Origin: Bugula neritina
Lineage: Eukaryota > Animalia > Bryozoa
Direction: 5' to 3'
Assembly: GCA_964035545.1 (NCBI GenBank)
Contig: OZ037767.1
Location: forward strand, 17,822,059-17,886,058
DNA length: 64,000 nucleotides
Below are positions 20,281 to 35,527 of the stretch, in pieces. Under the pieces are notes generated by a model that worked only from the letters and a program-made list of their open reading frames with translations, was not told the origin of the DNA and made no database searches. Made by a program: the position numbers and the translations under genes. The number at the start of each line of letters is the position of its first letter. Position 1 is the stretch's first letter.

Positions 20281-23200
20281 GACTAGTAACATTTACAGTA
20301 ATACAGTAGAACTATCTTATAGCAGTGCTGACTATAGTAACATTTACAGTAATACAGTAGAACTATCTTATAGCAGTGCTGACTATAGTAACATTTACAG
20401 TAATACAGTAGAACTATCTTATAGCAGTGCTGACTAATAACATTTACAGTAATACAGTAGAACTATCTTATAGCAGTGCTGACTAGTAACATTTACAGTA
20501 ATACAGTAGAACTATCTTATAGCAGTGCTGACTAGTAACATATACAGTAATACAGTAGAACTATCTTATAGCAGTGCTGACTAGTAACATTTACAGTAAT
20601 ACAGTAGAACTATCTTATAGCAGTGCTGACTAGTAACATTTACAGTAATACAGTAGAACTATCTTATAGCAGTGCTGACTAATAACATTTACAGTAATAC
20701 AGTAGAACTATCTTATAGCAGTGCTGACTAGTAACATTTACAGTAATACAGTAGAACTATCTTATAGCAGTGCTGACTAGTAACATTTACAGTAATACAG
20801 TAGAACTATCTTATAGCAGTGCTGACTAGTAACATTTACAGTGATACAGTAGAACTATCTTATAGCAGTGCTGACTAGTAACATTTACAGTAATACAGTA
20901 GAACTATCTTATAGCAGTGCTGACTAGTAACATTTACAGTGATACAGTAGAACTATCTTATAGCAGTGCTCACTAATAACATTTACAGTAATACAGTAGA
21001 ACTATCTTATAGCAGTGCTGACTAGTAACATTTACAGTAATACAGTAGAACTATCTTATAGCAGTGCTGACTAGTAACATTTACAGTAATACAGTAGAAC
21101 TATCTTATAGCAGTGCTGACTAGTAACATTTACAGTAATACAGTAGAACTATCTTATAGCAGTGCTGACTAGTAACATTTACAGTAATACAGTAGAACTA
21201 TCTTATAGCAGTGCTGACTAGTAACATTTACAGTGATACAGTAGAACTATCTTATAGCAGTGCTCACTAATAACATTTACAGTAATACAGTAGAACTATC
21301 TTATAGCAGTGCTGACTAGTAACATTTACAGTAATACAGTAGAACTATCTTATAGCAGTGCTGACTAATAACATTTACAGTAATACAGTAGAACTATCTT
21401 ATAGCAGTGCTGACTAGTAACATATACAGTAATACAGTAGAACTATCTTATAGCAGTGTTGACTAGTAACATTTACAGTAATACAGTAGAACTATCTTAT
21501 AGCAGTGCTGACTAATAACATTTACAGTAATACAGTAGAACTATCTTATAGCAGTGCTGACTAGTAACATATACAGTAATACAGTAGAACTATCTTATAG
21601 CAGTGTTGACTAGTAACATTTACAGTAATACAGTAGAACTATCTTATAGCAGTGTTGACTAGTAACATTTATAGTAATACAGTAGAACTATCTTATAGCA
21701 GTGCTGACTATAGTAACATTTACAGTAATACAGTAGAACTATCTTATAGCAGTGCTGACTAGTAACATTTACAGTAATACAGTAGAACTATCTTATAGCA
21801 GTGTTGACTAATAACATTTACAGTAATACAGTAGAACTATCTTATAGCAGTGCTGACTAGTAACATTTACAGTAATACAGTAGAACTATCTTATAGCAGT
21901 GCTGACTAGTAACATTTACAGTAATACAGTAGAACTATCTTATAGCAGTGCTGACTATAGTAACATTTACAGTAATACAGTAGAACTATCTTATAGCAGT
22001 GCTGACTATAGTAACATTTACAGTAATACAGTAGAACTATCTTATAGCAGTGCTGACTAGTAACATTTACAGTAATACAGTAGAACTATCTTATAGCAGT
22101 GCTGACTAGTAACATTTACAGTAATACAGTAGAACTATCTTATAGCAGTGCTGACTAGTAACATTTACAGTAATACAGTAGAACTATCTTATAGCAGTGC
22201 TGACTAGTAACATTTACAGTAATACAGTAGAACTATCTTATAGCAGTGCTGACTATAGTAACATTTACAGTAATACAGTAGAACTATCTTATAGCAGTGC
22301 TGACTAGTAACATTTATAGTAATACAGTAGAACTATCTTATAGCAGTGCTGACTAGTAACATTTACAGTAATACAGTAGAACTATCTTATAGCAGTGCTG
22401 ACTATAGTAACATTTACAGTAATACAGTAGAACTATCTTATAGCAGTGCTGACTATAATAACATTTACAGTAATACAGTAGAACTATCTTATAGCAGTGC
22501 TGACTAGTAACATTTACAGTAATACAGTAGAACTATCTTATAGCAGTGCTGACTATAGTAACATTTACAGTAATACAGTAGAACTATCTTATAGCAGTGC
22601 TGACTATAGTAATATTTACAGTAATACAGTAGAACTATCTTATAGCAGTGCTGACTAGTAACATTTATAGTAATACAGTAGAACTATCTTATAGCAGTGC
22701 TGACTAGTAACATTTACAGTAATACAGTAGAACTATCTTATAGCAGTGCTGACTAATAACATTTACAGTGATACAGTAGAACTATCTTATAGCAGTGCTG
22801 ACTAGTAACATTTACAGTAATACAGTAGAACTATCTTATAGCAGTGCTGACTAATAACATTTACAGTAATACAGTAGAACTATCTTATAGCAGTGCTGAC
22901 TAGTAACATATACAGTAATACAGTAGAACTATCTTATAGCAGTGCTGACTATAGTAACATTTACAGTAATACAGTAGAACTATCTTATAGCAGTGCTGAC
23001 TAGTAACATTTACAGTAATACAGTAGAACTATCTTATAGCAGTGCTGACTAATAACATTTACAGTAATACAGTAGAACTATCTTATAGCAGTGCTGACTA
23101 TAGTAACATTTACAGTGATACAGTAGAACTATCTTATAGCAGTGCTGACTAGTAACATTTACAGTAATACAGTAGAACTATCTTATAGCAGTGCTGACTA

Positions 23201-26200
23201 GTAACATTTACAGTAATACAGTAGAACTATCTTATAGCAGTGCTGACTATAGTAACATTTACAGTAATACAGTAGAACTATCTTATAGCAGTGCTGACTA
23301 ATAACATTTATAGTAATACAGTAGAACTATCTTATAGCAGTGCTGACTAGTAACATTTACAGTAATATAGTAGAACTATCTTATAGCAGTGCTGACTAGT
23401 AACATTTACAGTAATACAGTAGAACTATCTTATAGCAGTGTTGACTAGTAACATTTACAGTAATACAGTAGAACTATCTTATAGCAGTGCTGACTAGTAA
23501 CATTTACAGTAATACAGTAGAACTATCTTATAGCAGTGCTGACTAGTAACATTTACAGTAATACAGTAGAACTATCTTATAGCAGTGCTGACTAGTAACA
23601 TTTACAGTAATATAGTAGAACTATCTTATAGCAGTGCTGACTAGTAACATTTACAGTAATACAGTAGAACTATCTTATAGCAGTGCTGACTAGTAACATT
23701 TACAGTAATACAGTAGAACTATCTTATAGCAGTGCTGACTAATAACATTTACAGTAATACAGTAGAACTATCTTATAGCAGTGCTGACCATAGTAACATA
23801 TACAGTAATACAGTAGAACTATCTTATAGCAGTGCTGACTATAGTAACATTTACAGTAATACAGTAGAACTATCTTATAGCAGTGCTGACTAATAACATT
23901 TACAGTAATACAGTAGAACTATCTTATAGCAGTGCTGACTAGTAACATATACAGTGATACAGTAGAACTATCTTATAGCAGTGCTGACTAATAACATTTA
24001 CAGTAATACAGTAGAACTATCTTATAGCAGTGCTGACTATAGTAACATTGACAGTAATACAGTAGAACTATCTTATAGCAGTGCTGACTAATAACATTTA
24101 CAGTAATACAGTAGAACTATCTTATAGCAGTGCTGACTAGTAACATTTACAGTAATACAGTAGAACTATCTTATAGCAGTGCTGACTAGTAACATTTACA
24201 GTAATACAGTAGAACTATCTTATAGCAGTGCTGACTAATAACATTTATAGTAATACAGTAGAACTATCTTATAGCAGTGCTGACTAGTAACATTTACAGT
24301 AATACAGTAGAACTATCTTATAGCAGTGCTGACTAATAACATTTACAGTAATACAGTAGAACTATCTTATAGCAGTGCTGACTATAGTAATATTTACAGT
24401 AATACAGTAGAACTATCTTATAGCAGTGCTGACTAGTAACATTTACAGTAATACAGTAGAACTATCTTATAGCAGTGCTGACTAGTAACATTTACAGTAA
24501 TACAGTAGAACTATCTTATAGCAGTGCTGACTAATAACATTTATAGTAATACAGTAGAACTATCTTATAGCAGTGCTGACTAGTAACATTTACAGTAATA
24601 CAGTAGAACTATCTTATAGCAGTGCTGACTAGTAACATTTACAGTAATACAGTAGAACTATCTTATAGCAGTGCTGACTAGTAACATTGACAGTAATACA
24701 GTAGAACTATCTTATAGCAGTGCTGACTAATAACATTTACAGTAATACAGTAGAACTATCTTATAGCAGTGCTGACTAATAACATTTACAGTAATACAGT
24801 AGAACTATCTTATAGCAGTGCTGACTAGTAACATTTATAGTAATACAGTAGAACTATCTTATAGCAGTGCTGACTATAGTAACATTTACAGTAATACAGT
24901 AGAACTATCTTATAGCAGTGCTGACTATAGTAACATTTACAGTAATACAGTAGAACTATCTTATAGCAGTGCTGACTAGTAACATTTACAGTAATACAGT
25001 AGAACTATCTTATAGCAGTGCTGACTAGTAACATTTACAGTAATACAGTAGAACTATCTTATAGCAGTGCTGACTAGTAACATTTACAGTAATACAGTAG
25101 AACTATCTTATAGCAGTGCTGACTAGTAACATTTACAGTGATACAGTAGAACTATCTTATAGCAGTGCTGACTAATAACATTTACAGTAATACAGTAGGA
25201 CTATCTTATAGCAGTGCTGACTAGTAACATTTATAGTAATACAGTAGAACTATCTTATAGCAGTGCTGACTAGTAACATTTACAGTAATACAGTAGAACT
25301 ATCTTATAGCAGTGCTGACTAATAACATTTACAGTAATACAGTAGAACTATCTTATAGCAGTGCTGACTAGTAACATTTACAGTAATACAGTAGAACTAT
25401 CTTATAGCAGTGCTGACTATAGTAACATTTACAGTAATACAGTAGAACTATCTTATAGCAGTGCTGACTAGTAACATTTACAGTAATACAGTAGAACTAT
25501 CTTATAGCAGTGCTGACTAGTAACATTGACAGTAATACAGTAGAACTATCTTATAGCAGTGCTGACTAATAACATTTACAGTAATACAGTAGAACTATCT
25601 TATAGCAGTGCTGACTAATAACATTTACAGTAATACAGTAGAACTATCTTATAGCAGTGCTGACTAGTAACATTTATAGTAATACAGTAGAACTATCTTA
25701 TAGCAGTGCTGACTATAGTAACATTTACAGTAATACAGTAGAACTATCTTATAGCAGTGCTGACTATAGTAACATTTACAGTAATACAGTAGAACTATCT
25801 TATAGCAGTGCTGACTAGTAACATTTACAGTAATACAGTAGAACTATCTTATAGCAGTGCTGACTAATAACATTTACAGTAATACAGTAGAACTATCTTA
25901 TAGCAGTGCTGACTATAGTAATATTTACAGTAATACAGTAGAACTATCTTATAGCAGTGCTGACTAGTAACATTTATAGTAATACAGTAGAACTATCTTA
26001 TAGCAGTGCTGACTAGTAACATTTACAGTAATACAGTAGAACTATCTTATAGCAGTGCTGACTAATAACATTTACAGTAATACAGTAGAACTATCTTATA
26101 GCAGTGCTGACTATAGTAACATTTACAGTAATACAGTAGAACTATCTTATAGCAGTGCTGACTAGTAACATTTATAGTAATACAGTAGAACTATCTTATA

Positions 26201-29200
26201 GCAGTGCTGACTATAGTAACATTTACAGTAATACAGTAGAACTATCTTATAGCAGTGCTGACTATAGTAACATTTACAGTAATACAGTAGAACTATCTTA
26301 TAGCAGTGCTGACTAGTAACATTTACAGTAATACAGTAGAACTATCTTATAGCAGTGCTGACTAATAACATTTACAGTAATACAGTAGAACTATCTTATA
26401 GCAGTGCTGACTATAGTAATATTTACAGTAATACAGTAGAACTATCTTATAGCAGTGCTGACTAATAACATTTATAGTAATACAGTAGAACTATCTTATA
26501 GCAGTGCTGACTAGTAACATTTACAGTAATACAGTAGAACTATCTTATAGCAGTGCTGACTAATAACATTTACAGTAATACAGTAGAACTATCTTATAGC
26601 AGTGCTGACTATAGTAATATTTACAGTAATACAGTAGAACTATCTTATAGCAGTGCTGACTAGTAACATTTACAGTAATACAGTAGAACTATCTTATAGC
26701 AGTGCTGACTAGTAACATTTATAGTAATACAGTAGAACTATCTTATAGCAGTGCTGACTATAGTAACATTTACAGTAATACAGTAGAACTATCTTATAGC
26801 AGTGCTGACTATAGTAACATTTACAGTAATACAGTAGAACTATCTTATAGCAGTGCTGACTAGTAACATTTACAGTAATACAGTAGAACTATCTTATAGC
26901 AGTGCTGACTAGTAACATTTACAGTAATACAGTAGAACTATCTTATAGCAGTGCTGACTAATAACATTTACAGTAATACAGTAGAACTATCTTATAGCAG
27001 TGCTGACTAATAACATTTACAGTAATACAGTAGAACTATCTTATAGCAGTGCTGACTATAGTAACATTTACAGTAATACAGTAGAACTATCTTATAGCAG
27101 TGCTGACTAGTAACATTTATAGTAATACAGTAGAACTATCTTATAGCAGTGCTGACTATAGTAACATTTACAGTAATACAGTAGAACTATCTTATAGCAG
27201 TGCTGACTAGTAACATTTACAGTGATACAGTAGAACTATCTTATAGCAGTGCTGACTATAGTAACATTTACAGTAATACAGTAGAACTATCTTATAGCAG
27301 TGCTGACTAGTAACATTTACAGTAATACAGTAGAACTATCTTATAGCAGTGCTGACTAGTAACATTTACAGTAATACAGTAGAACTATCTTATAGCAGTG
27401 CTGACTAGTAACATTTACAGTGATACAGTAGAACTATCTTATAGCAGTGCTGACTAGTAACATTTACAGTAATACAGTAGAACTATCTTATAGCAGTGCT
27501 GACTAGTAACATATACAGTAATACAGTAGAACTATCTTATAGCAGTGCTGACTAGTAACATTTACAGTAATACAGTAGAACTATCTTATAGCAGTGCTGA
27601 CTAATAACATTTACAGTAATACAGTAGAACTATCTTATAGCAGTGCTGACTAGTAACATTTATAGTAATACAGTAGAACTATCTTATAGCAGTGCTGACT
27701 AGTAACATTTACAGTAATACAGTAGAACTATCTTATAGCAGTGCTGACTAGTAACATTTACAGTAATACAGTAGAACTATCTTATAGCAGTGCTGACTAG
27801 TAACATTTACAGTGATACAGTAGAACTATCTTATAGCAGTGCTGACTAGTAACATTTACAGTAATACAGTAGAACTATCTTATAGCAGTGCTGACTAGTA
27901 ACATTTACAGTAATACAGTAGAACTATCTTATAGCAGTGCTGACTATAGTAACATATACAGTAATACAGTAGAACTATCTTATAGCAGTGCTGACTATAG
28001 TAACATTTACAGTAATACAGTAGAACTATCTTATAGCAGTGCTGACTAGTAACATTTACAGTAATACAGTAGAACTATCTTATAGCAGTGCTGACTATAG
28101 TAACATTTACAGTGATACAGTAGAACTATCTTATAGCAGTGCTGACTAATAACATTTACAGTAATACAGTAGAACTATCTTATAGCAGTGCTGACTAGTA
28201 ACATTTACAGTAATACAGTAGAACTATCTTATAGCAGTGCTGACTAGTAACATTTACAGTGATACAGTAGAACTATCTTATAGCAGTGCTGACTAATAAC
28301 ATTTACAGTAATACAGTAGAACTATCTTATAGCAGTGCTGACTAGTAACATTTACAGTGATACAGTAGAACTATCTTATAGCAGTGCTGACTAATAACAT
28401 TTACAGTAATACAGTAGAACTATCTTATAGCAGTGCTGACTATAGTAACATTTACAGTAATACAGTAGAACTATCTTATAGCAGTGCTGACTAGTAACAT
28501 TTACAGTAATACAGTAGAACTATCTTATAGCAGTGCTGACTAGTAACATTTACAGTAATACAGTAGAACTATCTTATAGCAGTGCTGACTAGTAACATTT
28601 ACAGTGATACAGTAGAACTATCTTATAGCAGTGCTGACTAATAACATTTACAGTAATACAGTAGAACTATCTTATAGCAGTGCTGACTATAGTAACATTT
28701 ACAGTAATACAGTAGAACTATCTTATAGCAGTGCTGACTAGTAACATTTACAGTAATACAGTAGAACTATCTTATAGCAGTGCTGACTAGTAACATTTAC
28801 AGTAATACAGTAGAACTATCTTATAGCAGTGCTGACTAGTAACATTTACAGTAATACAGTAGAACTATCTTATAGCAGTGCTGACTAGTAACATTGACAG
28901 TAATACAGTAGAACTATCTTATAGCAGTGCTGACTAGTAACATATACAGTAATACAGTAGAACTATCTTATAGCAGTGCTGACTAGTAACATTTACAGTA
29001 ATACAGTAGAACTATCTTATAGCAGTGCTGACTAGTAACATTTACAGTAATACAGTAGAACTATCTTATAGCAGTGCTGACTAGTAACATTTACAGTAAT
29101 ACAGTAGAACTATCTTATAGCAGTGCTGACTATAGTAACATATACAGTAATACAGTAGAACTATCTTATAGCAGTGCTGACTATAGTAACATTTACAGTA

Positions 29201-29818
29201 ATACAGTAGAACTATCTTATAGCAGTGCTGACTAGTAACATTTACAGTAATACAGTAGAACTATCTTATAGCAGTGCTGACTAGTAACATTTACAGTAAT
29301 ACAGTAGAACTATCTTATAGCAGTGCTGACTAGTAACATTTACAGTAATACAGTAGAACTATCTTATAGCAGTGCTGACTAGTAACATTTACAGTAATAC
29401 AGTAGAACTATCTTATAGCAGTGCTGACTAGTAACATTTACAGTAATACAGTAGAACTATCTTATAGCAGTGCTGACTAGTAACATTTACAGTAATACAG
29501 TAGAACTATCTTATAGCAGTGCTGACTAGTAACATTTATAGTAATACAGTAGAACTATCTTATAGCAGTGCTGACTTAAAACATTTACAGTAATACAGTA
29601 GAACTATCTTATAGCAGTGCTGACTAGTAACATATACAGTAATACAGTAGAACTATCTTATAGCAGTGCTGACTAATAACATTTACAGTAATACAGTAGA
29701 ACTATCTTATAGCAGTGCTGACTATAATAACATTTACAGTAATACAGTAGAACTATCTTATAGCAGTGCTGACTAGTAACATTTACAGTAATACAGTAGA
29801 ACTATCTTATAGCAGTGC
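20281..29818 (+). repeat. Satellite array, 49-bp unit (gactagtaacatttacagtaatacagtagaactatcttatagcagtgct) with a 51-bp +TA variant, ~190 copies
   Basis: Periods 49 and 51 read directly; a small set of recurring point variants. Confidence 0.98.
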
Positions 29819-30189
29819 ATATTTATATTTGGCAACTGTTCCAATTTTCAACAAAAGAGGTGTCAACTTGTGCTAAATTTAACTTTCAAACTCATACATG
29901 CCAGGTGAAGTTTTAATTGAAGGTGATCGTGTCTTAAGAGAAAGAGTTGTGAGTATCCCTGAGTAATTCTCGCCTCTCACTTTATAAAGTTCTTTTAAGT
30001 ATGATGAAAAATGGAATATTCAGTTTAAGCTGCTGTAACTAAAACAAGTTAGGTTTCTGATTCAAAGAAATTTCTTTCCTGGTTCTGTAGACTATGTCGA
30101 TTTTGTCATGATAAAAATTTTCGGTACTCTAGATTTTACAGTCTATAATTTATCTCATACATACATACATACATTCATAAATACTTCAA

Positions 30190-30320
30190 TATTGGGGTGG
30201 ATGTTCGTAGTTTGGAGATTGGGTTTAAGGTAAGGATTTTGGGTTCCAGAGTTTGAGGGTGGGGATTTGAGTTAGTAGGTGAGAGTTTAGGGTGAAGGGT
30301 TTGGGGTTTGATTTTGGGAA
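30190..30320 (+). repeat. Degenerate G/T-rich telomere-like interstitial tract
   Basis: ttgggg/tttggg/gggtttggggtttg-like 7-mers, same polarity as the terminal array. Confidence 0.5.
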
Positions 30321-30804
30321 CATTTAAAATCAATGTGCCATTTTTACCTACTTTTTTATTTATGCCATTGTTACCATTGTACATACGCCAGTTTTACCTA
30401 AAATCATTCTAGGTTTCAACAATTGCAACCCACACATAGCAGACAAAGCAGAGTTTTGGTGCCATCCAATACCACCTTACCATGTCAGGTATAATTCTTG
30501 TCAATTCAAAGTAAAGAGCAATTGCCTTAACCTGCAGAGTGGTCAAAAACAGAGCCAGGCTTGCACAAAAGCATAAACTGCAGCCATTACATTCATAACT
30601 GAACTGGCTTGTGCTTTATAACATAATAATAACAATAATATAACTATGATAATTATACAATATGCAAATATAATATAACGAAATACATTGCATTGAATTA
30701 TATATCATCATTATGTCAGTCATACAACTTCTTCGCTTTTCGAAAAGGGAGGAATTAATAGTCAACATTTAGGAATAGGGGGGGGGGGGGGAATAGTTTA
30801 TCTA

Positions 30805-33800
30805 AGTCACCTATTCAATTTCTTTATGTCTCTTTGCGATGTTAATTTGTGTTTCTTTTTTGATAGTTAATTTAGCATAGTCTATCTTCTTTTCCTGTTT
30901 ATTTTGCCCTAAACATGATTGAAAATGCTGCTTAAATTAAGGGGACAAATTTTTAAAAATATTTGATTGCTACATCTATGTTTTCCCTTCATTAGATTCT
31001 GAAACTTGAAGCACTAAAATTAGTGTACATTTTCTTTGCTGCATACAGATCACTGATTTGGTAATGCCATTGGAACCTTCAGGGCGGTGATGAGTCATGA
31101 AATATAACACATGACGCAGCAATAGTCACGTGATCAGTTACAGATGACTGAGCACGTGATCAGTTACAGACGACTGAGCACGTCTGCTGCGCTGTCATTA
31201 TAGTAAGTTGCCTAACTGAAACTGTCATTGCACGAAGGTAATCCTTTATAATTTAGCATTTTATTTAATATTTTTTACTAACCTTTTACTGGCTGTTAAT
31301 TTGTATTTATTCATAGGCTTGGAATTCACATTGAATATTGTATTTAATTGATAGGTTACTACCCATTTCTAGTCAATTTGATTCTGCAGTCATTTGAGCA
31401 GATGCAACTGCAAGGCTTATAATAAATTTCAATTTAGCTTAGCTTCAAGTTGGCTTAATTTCAACATAACTTTTCCCTGTTCTTCTCTGGACTGTTGAAT
31501 TACGCTACAAAATCAATACTATACGAATAATAGTATAATTGAAATCAAATGTTTTAATTTTTTTCACTGTAGCCTTACCAGTACAATCAAGTTGAACTTA
31601 TGCCCAATGATTTCATTTGTTTGGCTTTTTTTTAGTTACATACTCATTATGGTCATAAACATTTCTCGAAATTGACAAGTTGAATATTCAGTTTAAGCTG
31701 CTGTAACTATAAAAGCAAGTTATGTTTCTGATTCAAAGAAATTTCTTTCCTGGTTCTGTAGATTATGTTAATTTTATCACGATGTAAATTTCCAATACTC
31801 TAGATTTTAGAGTCTATGCCTATATGAGTTGTCTCATACATGTCTGTCATTTATTCAAAAATTTTAATTTGTCAAATGTCTTTTTGTTTTTTAGAATGTG
31901 TCCAAGCAGCTCAGATATTCACACATTAGAGAACATATGGTCTACACCAGGAAGATGTGACCTAGCCAACTGTGGTCAGTTCTGTGAGCCCCATCTTGGT
32001 TATAATTAAGTATTTATTATTTATGATAACTTACTGTGTTTTCAATTTTACAGGATTATAAGGAAAGAATTATCTTGTACTTCTTGTATTTTTCTTGATA
32101 ACTGATGTCCATAATTCACGTATATCTATTTCAGTTTGAAGTAGTGAAAAAGTTATGTTTTTTTCATTATTTTAGTCTTGTTAACTCCAAGTTTTGTGGA
32201 ATTGTTCAAAGTAATCACTTGTAGTCATTAGACTAGTATCTCAGCTCTGCAAACATTTACTGTATTAGCAAATTAAAATAAAATGTTTTATATAATATTA
32301 AGGTATTTTAGAATATTCCTTGTCTGTTTTGTAGTTGTGTTTAACCACATGCAGATAGAAGTCACCTTGCTATCAAGACCAGTTTTATATCCGTGAAATG
32401 CTCACAAGCCGACATGTAGAAGTTGTCTTCTCTCTGTGTTTGATTCATCAAAACTTTTCATCGGTTCAGGTTTGTGTCTAAATGAATTGTTTATTGTAAC
32501 AATATTTGCTCTTTCCCTGTGTTATGTGCTAGTAGGTTTTAGCATTCATAAAGCTACTACCAGTGCATGGCAATGAGGTGAACTCAGTTGACCCATATCT
32601 GCTCCTTACTTACATTCTAGCTCCTAGGGGATAGTTACTTTCATAAATAATGTTAGATTCAGCTTCTTCTACCTTCCCTTGGATAAAATTTGATTTAAGA
32701 TAAGCATAACAAGCAGCGTTACTACTCAAATAGTGAAGCATGTGCTTTTGATCAAAGTGGCAATATAATTGTATAAGGTGTAGAATATATAACTTTGTAA
32801 AGTTGTGCACATGGAACTGTATAGCATGTGACACAAAAATATTCATACTATATGTCCTGTTATCTATGCAATCCACTGTTGATTGATTTTGCAGTGTAAC
32901 ACTTGGCTGTTTTTCTGCTTTTAGTTTTAAAAAATTATGGCTGTTTATTTCATTCCAGAATTTCCAAACATGTTCCTAATAAAAGTTAAAACAGCCCATT
33001 GTAAAAGCTCTTGCAAACCTTACCCAGCTTTAGCTATGTATGTAACCTTCCTGGCTCAAACTCAGTGTTAGTTTGTTTCACTTACAGGCTACTGATGGCT
33101 GCTTCATAATATTCCTTCTGGATGGTTTGGTATTAGTTGGAGTTGTTTGATCTTTGCTTGACCTGAGCTGTTTTCAGACTGAAGTGTACTACATACTACT
33201 CTATTTGAAGTGTGAGGTTAGCCGGTTATTATACCTTTTGCATGTCTAATTTTTCAGTAGCGTGTTGGAATTTTTTGTATCTGTATCAGCTGTGATGAAA
33301 AGTAGACTTAATTTCTGTCAACATAAAACATATGGCCAGGAGAATATAAGCTCAGTAGAAGTGAAAATATATGCATCTTCTCCTTGTTTGTCTGAATGTC
33401 AATACAACATTTGACTGAAGAGATGAGAAATCAGCACATGATTAGAATTTTATTTTAAGATTTTACTTTTTATGGTAATAAAATCATTGCCTTCATTGAA
33501 CACCATCAATAAGTAATTTATTTGACTTTGGAGTTGTTTAAGCTGTTTCCTGTAAATGCTATAACCAAACCTCATTCCAACTAAATGAGCACTCTTCAAT
33601 CATATTTGTTATTTTGTCAATTCATTGCTAACTTTGTGAAAACCTCTTATTAAATAATATAAGTTTACATAGTGCTATGCTTGCTTGTGGTAAGAAAACC
33701 AAGTCAGGCTTTCATTTTTGATTTTTCATAATGGTTCTGTCAACAAATCATATTTTTTATTTAAATAATTATGACATTCTTCTATACATCTCTACATAAA

Positions 33801-35527
33801 TAAGAATATGAATTTTATTTTGTACTTCTCCATTTTGCTTCTGTTGCTTTCCTTACCACTGTTATATAAATTAAGCATTTTATTTCATTGTTTTTCATGA
33901 TATGCGACTCTGCTTAATTATATAGACTGCTTTATTCTTACAGTAAATGCTGTGATGGTCACATGGTCAGCTACTAGACAACCAACCAATTGGGTGTAAA
34001 GGTGGACAAAGTCATTCTAGATTATTCTTCACATGTGTCCGCTGGATGAGCTATATGGAGGTAATTCCTGTTGTTTTTAATATATAGAGATACTTATTGT
34101 AGCAGTCTAAAAGAAAGTAGCAAAGTGAAAACAGTTACATCATAAGTTGTAAGTGTAGTTGCAAGACGAAAGCTTAAATATAGATGAAAATACTGGGTTG
34201 TTATACCAGTCAAAAAGGTCAGCTATTGTTGAGTAGCCGTAATGAGTGTCGGAAAATTGTAATATAGCTTGCATAGCTGTAATAATACATGAAAAGCTAT
34301 AATGCATTAGGGAACAGCTTTCCCAACTTCTGTAAAGTCCCAACAAGTTAAGTATAAGTATAACATGATTCCTTAATTAAACTACTTATAGAATTATTAG
34401 GAAATTTTTAGTTAATCACAATTCAACCAGTAAACAGTTTCATACTTTTCATCGAGTTGTATTTACAAGAATTACTAATAAAAGTTGCACTAAAGTTAAA
34501 CTGATATATTATTTTACTTCTCTGTAAATGGATATGACTTGGATGTTTTATGTGCCCCAACTTTACCTGATTATACATACCTGCATGTGGTGGTTGATGT
34601 CTACTATTTTCTGTAGTTTCTAAAACTAGTTCTTGATGCTTCAACTAAATTTTGTTGCTTTAAAGTCACTTTTATTGTAGATGTCTGCTTTGATTTCTCT
34701 ATATAATTGTTGGTGTGCCATGCATGGGTTTTAAAGCTGTAAACACTGTTTTACATTTCACAAAATATATATTGTTGTATCCTATATTATCATGATGTCA
34801 GTTATAAAAAAATTTCGCTTGTCAAAAGGTGGTAATTTATATAGTTGATATTCATGAAAGGGAGGAATATTAGGAAAAGGTTGGTAACTCATGTGTCATA
34901 TAATTCTACTGCACTTTAAGGGAGAAAATATGTTGTCCACATCAACTATCCTGCATAACCCATTGGCTGTTGACATTTGGGCATACATGCTTTTACAGGT
35001 ACACTGTAAGGCATGAAAGTTGTTGGGAAATTACATGAGCAGAGAAAGCTTTTGTTGAATCATTACAGCTTTAGTTGTATTAACATAGCTATGTTAGCTA
35101 CATTATGCTATGTTAGCTACAGTATGTTTTTCTCTGTTGTGTTATTTGCTTATGTGCAGCTATTTTGGCTATTCCAGAAAAAAGCTCTTTTCTAGACTAA
35201 TATAAACCCTGTTCTTTCAGCTCTCTTTTCATTCAGTCTTTGGAAACGCACATCTCTTTTAAAGTAACAGGAACTAACTTGAGAGTTGGTTGTTTTAGAA
35301 ATGCTCACCTTTCATCTGAAGGATTTAAAGCACCAAAGGCTTACAGTACATGCAGGCTAATATATAAGGTAAGTTTCATTTTTCATTTATTGATTTATTT
35401 GATGAAGATTAGTTAATAAATTCAGTTTGAGACAAAGTTGTTAGTGGATTAGGTGTTATTTATGTTCAACAATTGCTATGGCCAAAATGAAAATAGGAAA
35501 TGTTAGTTGCGAAGTATTGAGTTTACA
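30805..35527 (+). repeat. Duplicon copy A (+): ORF-less unit with exon-like segments
   Basis: Reverse-complement homology to 37881-42323, 42520-44420 and 47390-50090. Confidence 0.85.
31090..31243 (+). promoter_or_regulatory. Putative promoter/first exon of the duplicon (TGAGTCA, duplicated CACGTG in a 26-bp repeat, AAG|GTAA donor)
   Basis: Motifs recur in the minus-strand copies (~43955-44130, ~49625-49800). Confidence 0.45.

Noticed and set aside
20281-29818. CRISPR-like regular array or repeat protein (ORF 20216..20437)
   Set aside because: No unique spacers and a eukaryotic context; the ORF is only read-through of three 51-bp units.
30001-30060. C/D-box-like ATGATGA..CTGA (also 33292-33395)
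   Set aside because: No terminal stem or rRNA guide recognised, and the C box is missing in paralogous copies.
31824-32009. Cys-rich peptide MCPSSSD..CDLANCGQFC
   Set aside because: Sister copies have TAG at the matching codon (AGA TAG), so coding is not conserved.
34140-34346. Near-identical 68-aa ORF pair (also 39197..39403) and pairs 32610/40336, 39544/51278
   Set aside because: Explained by the segmental duplication; mostly non-ATG starts, no recognisable domain.
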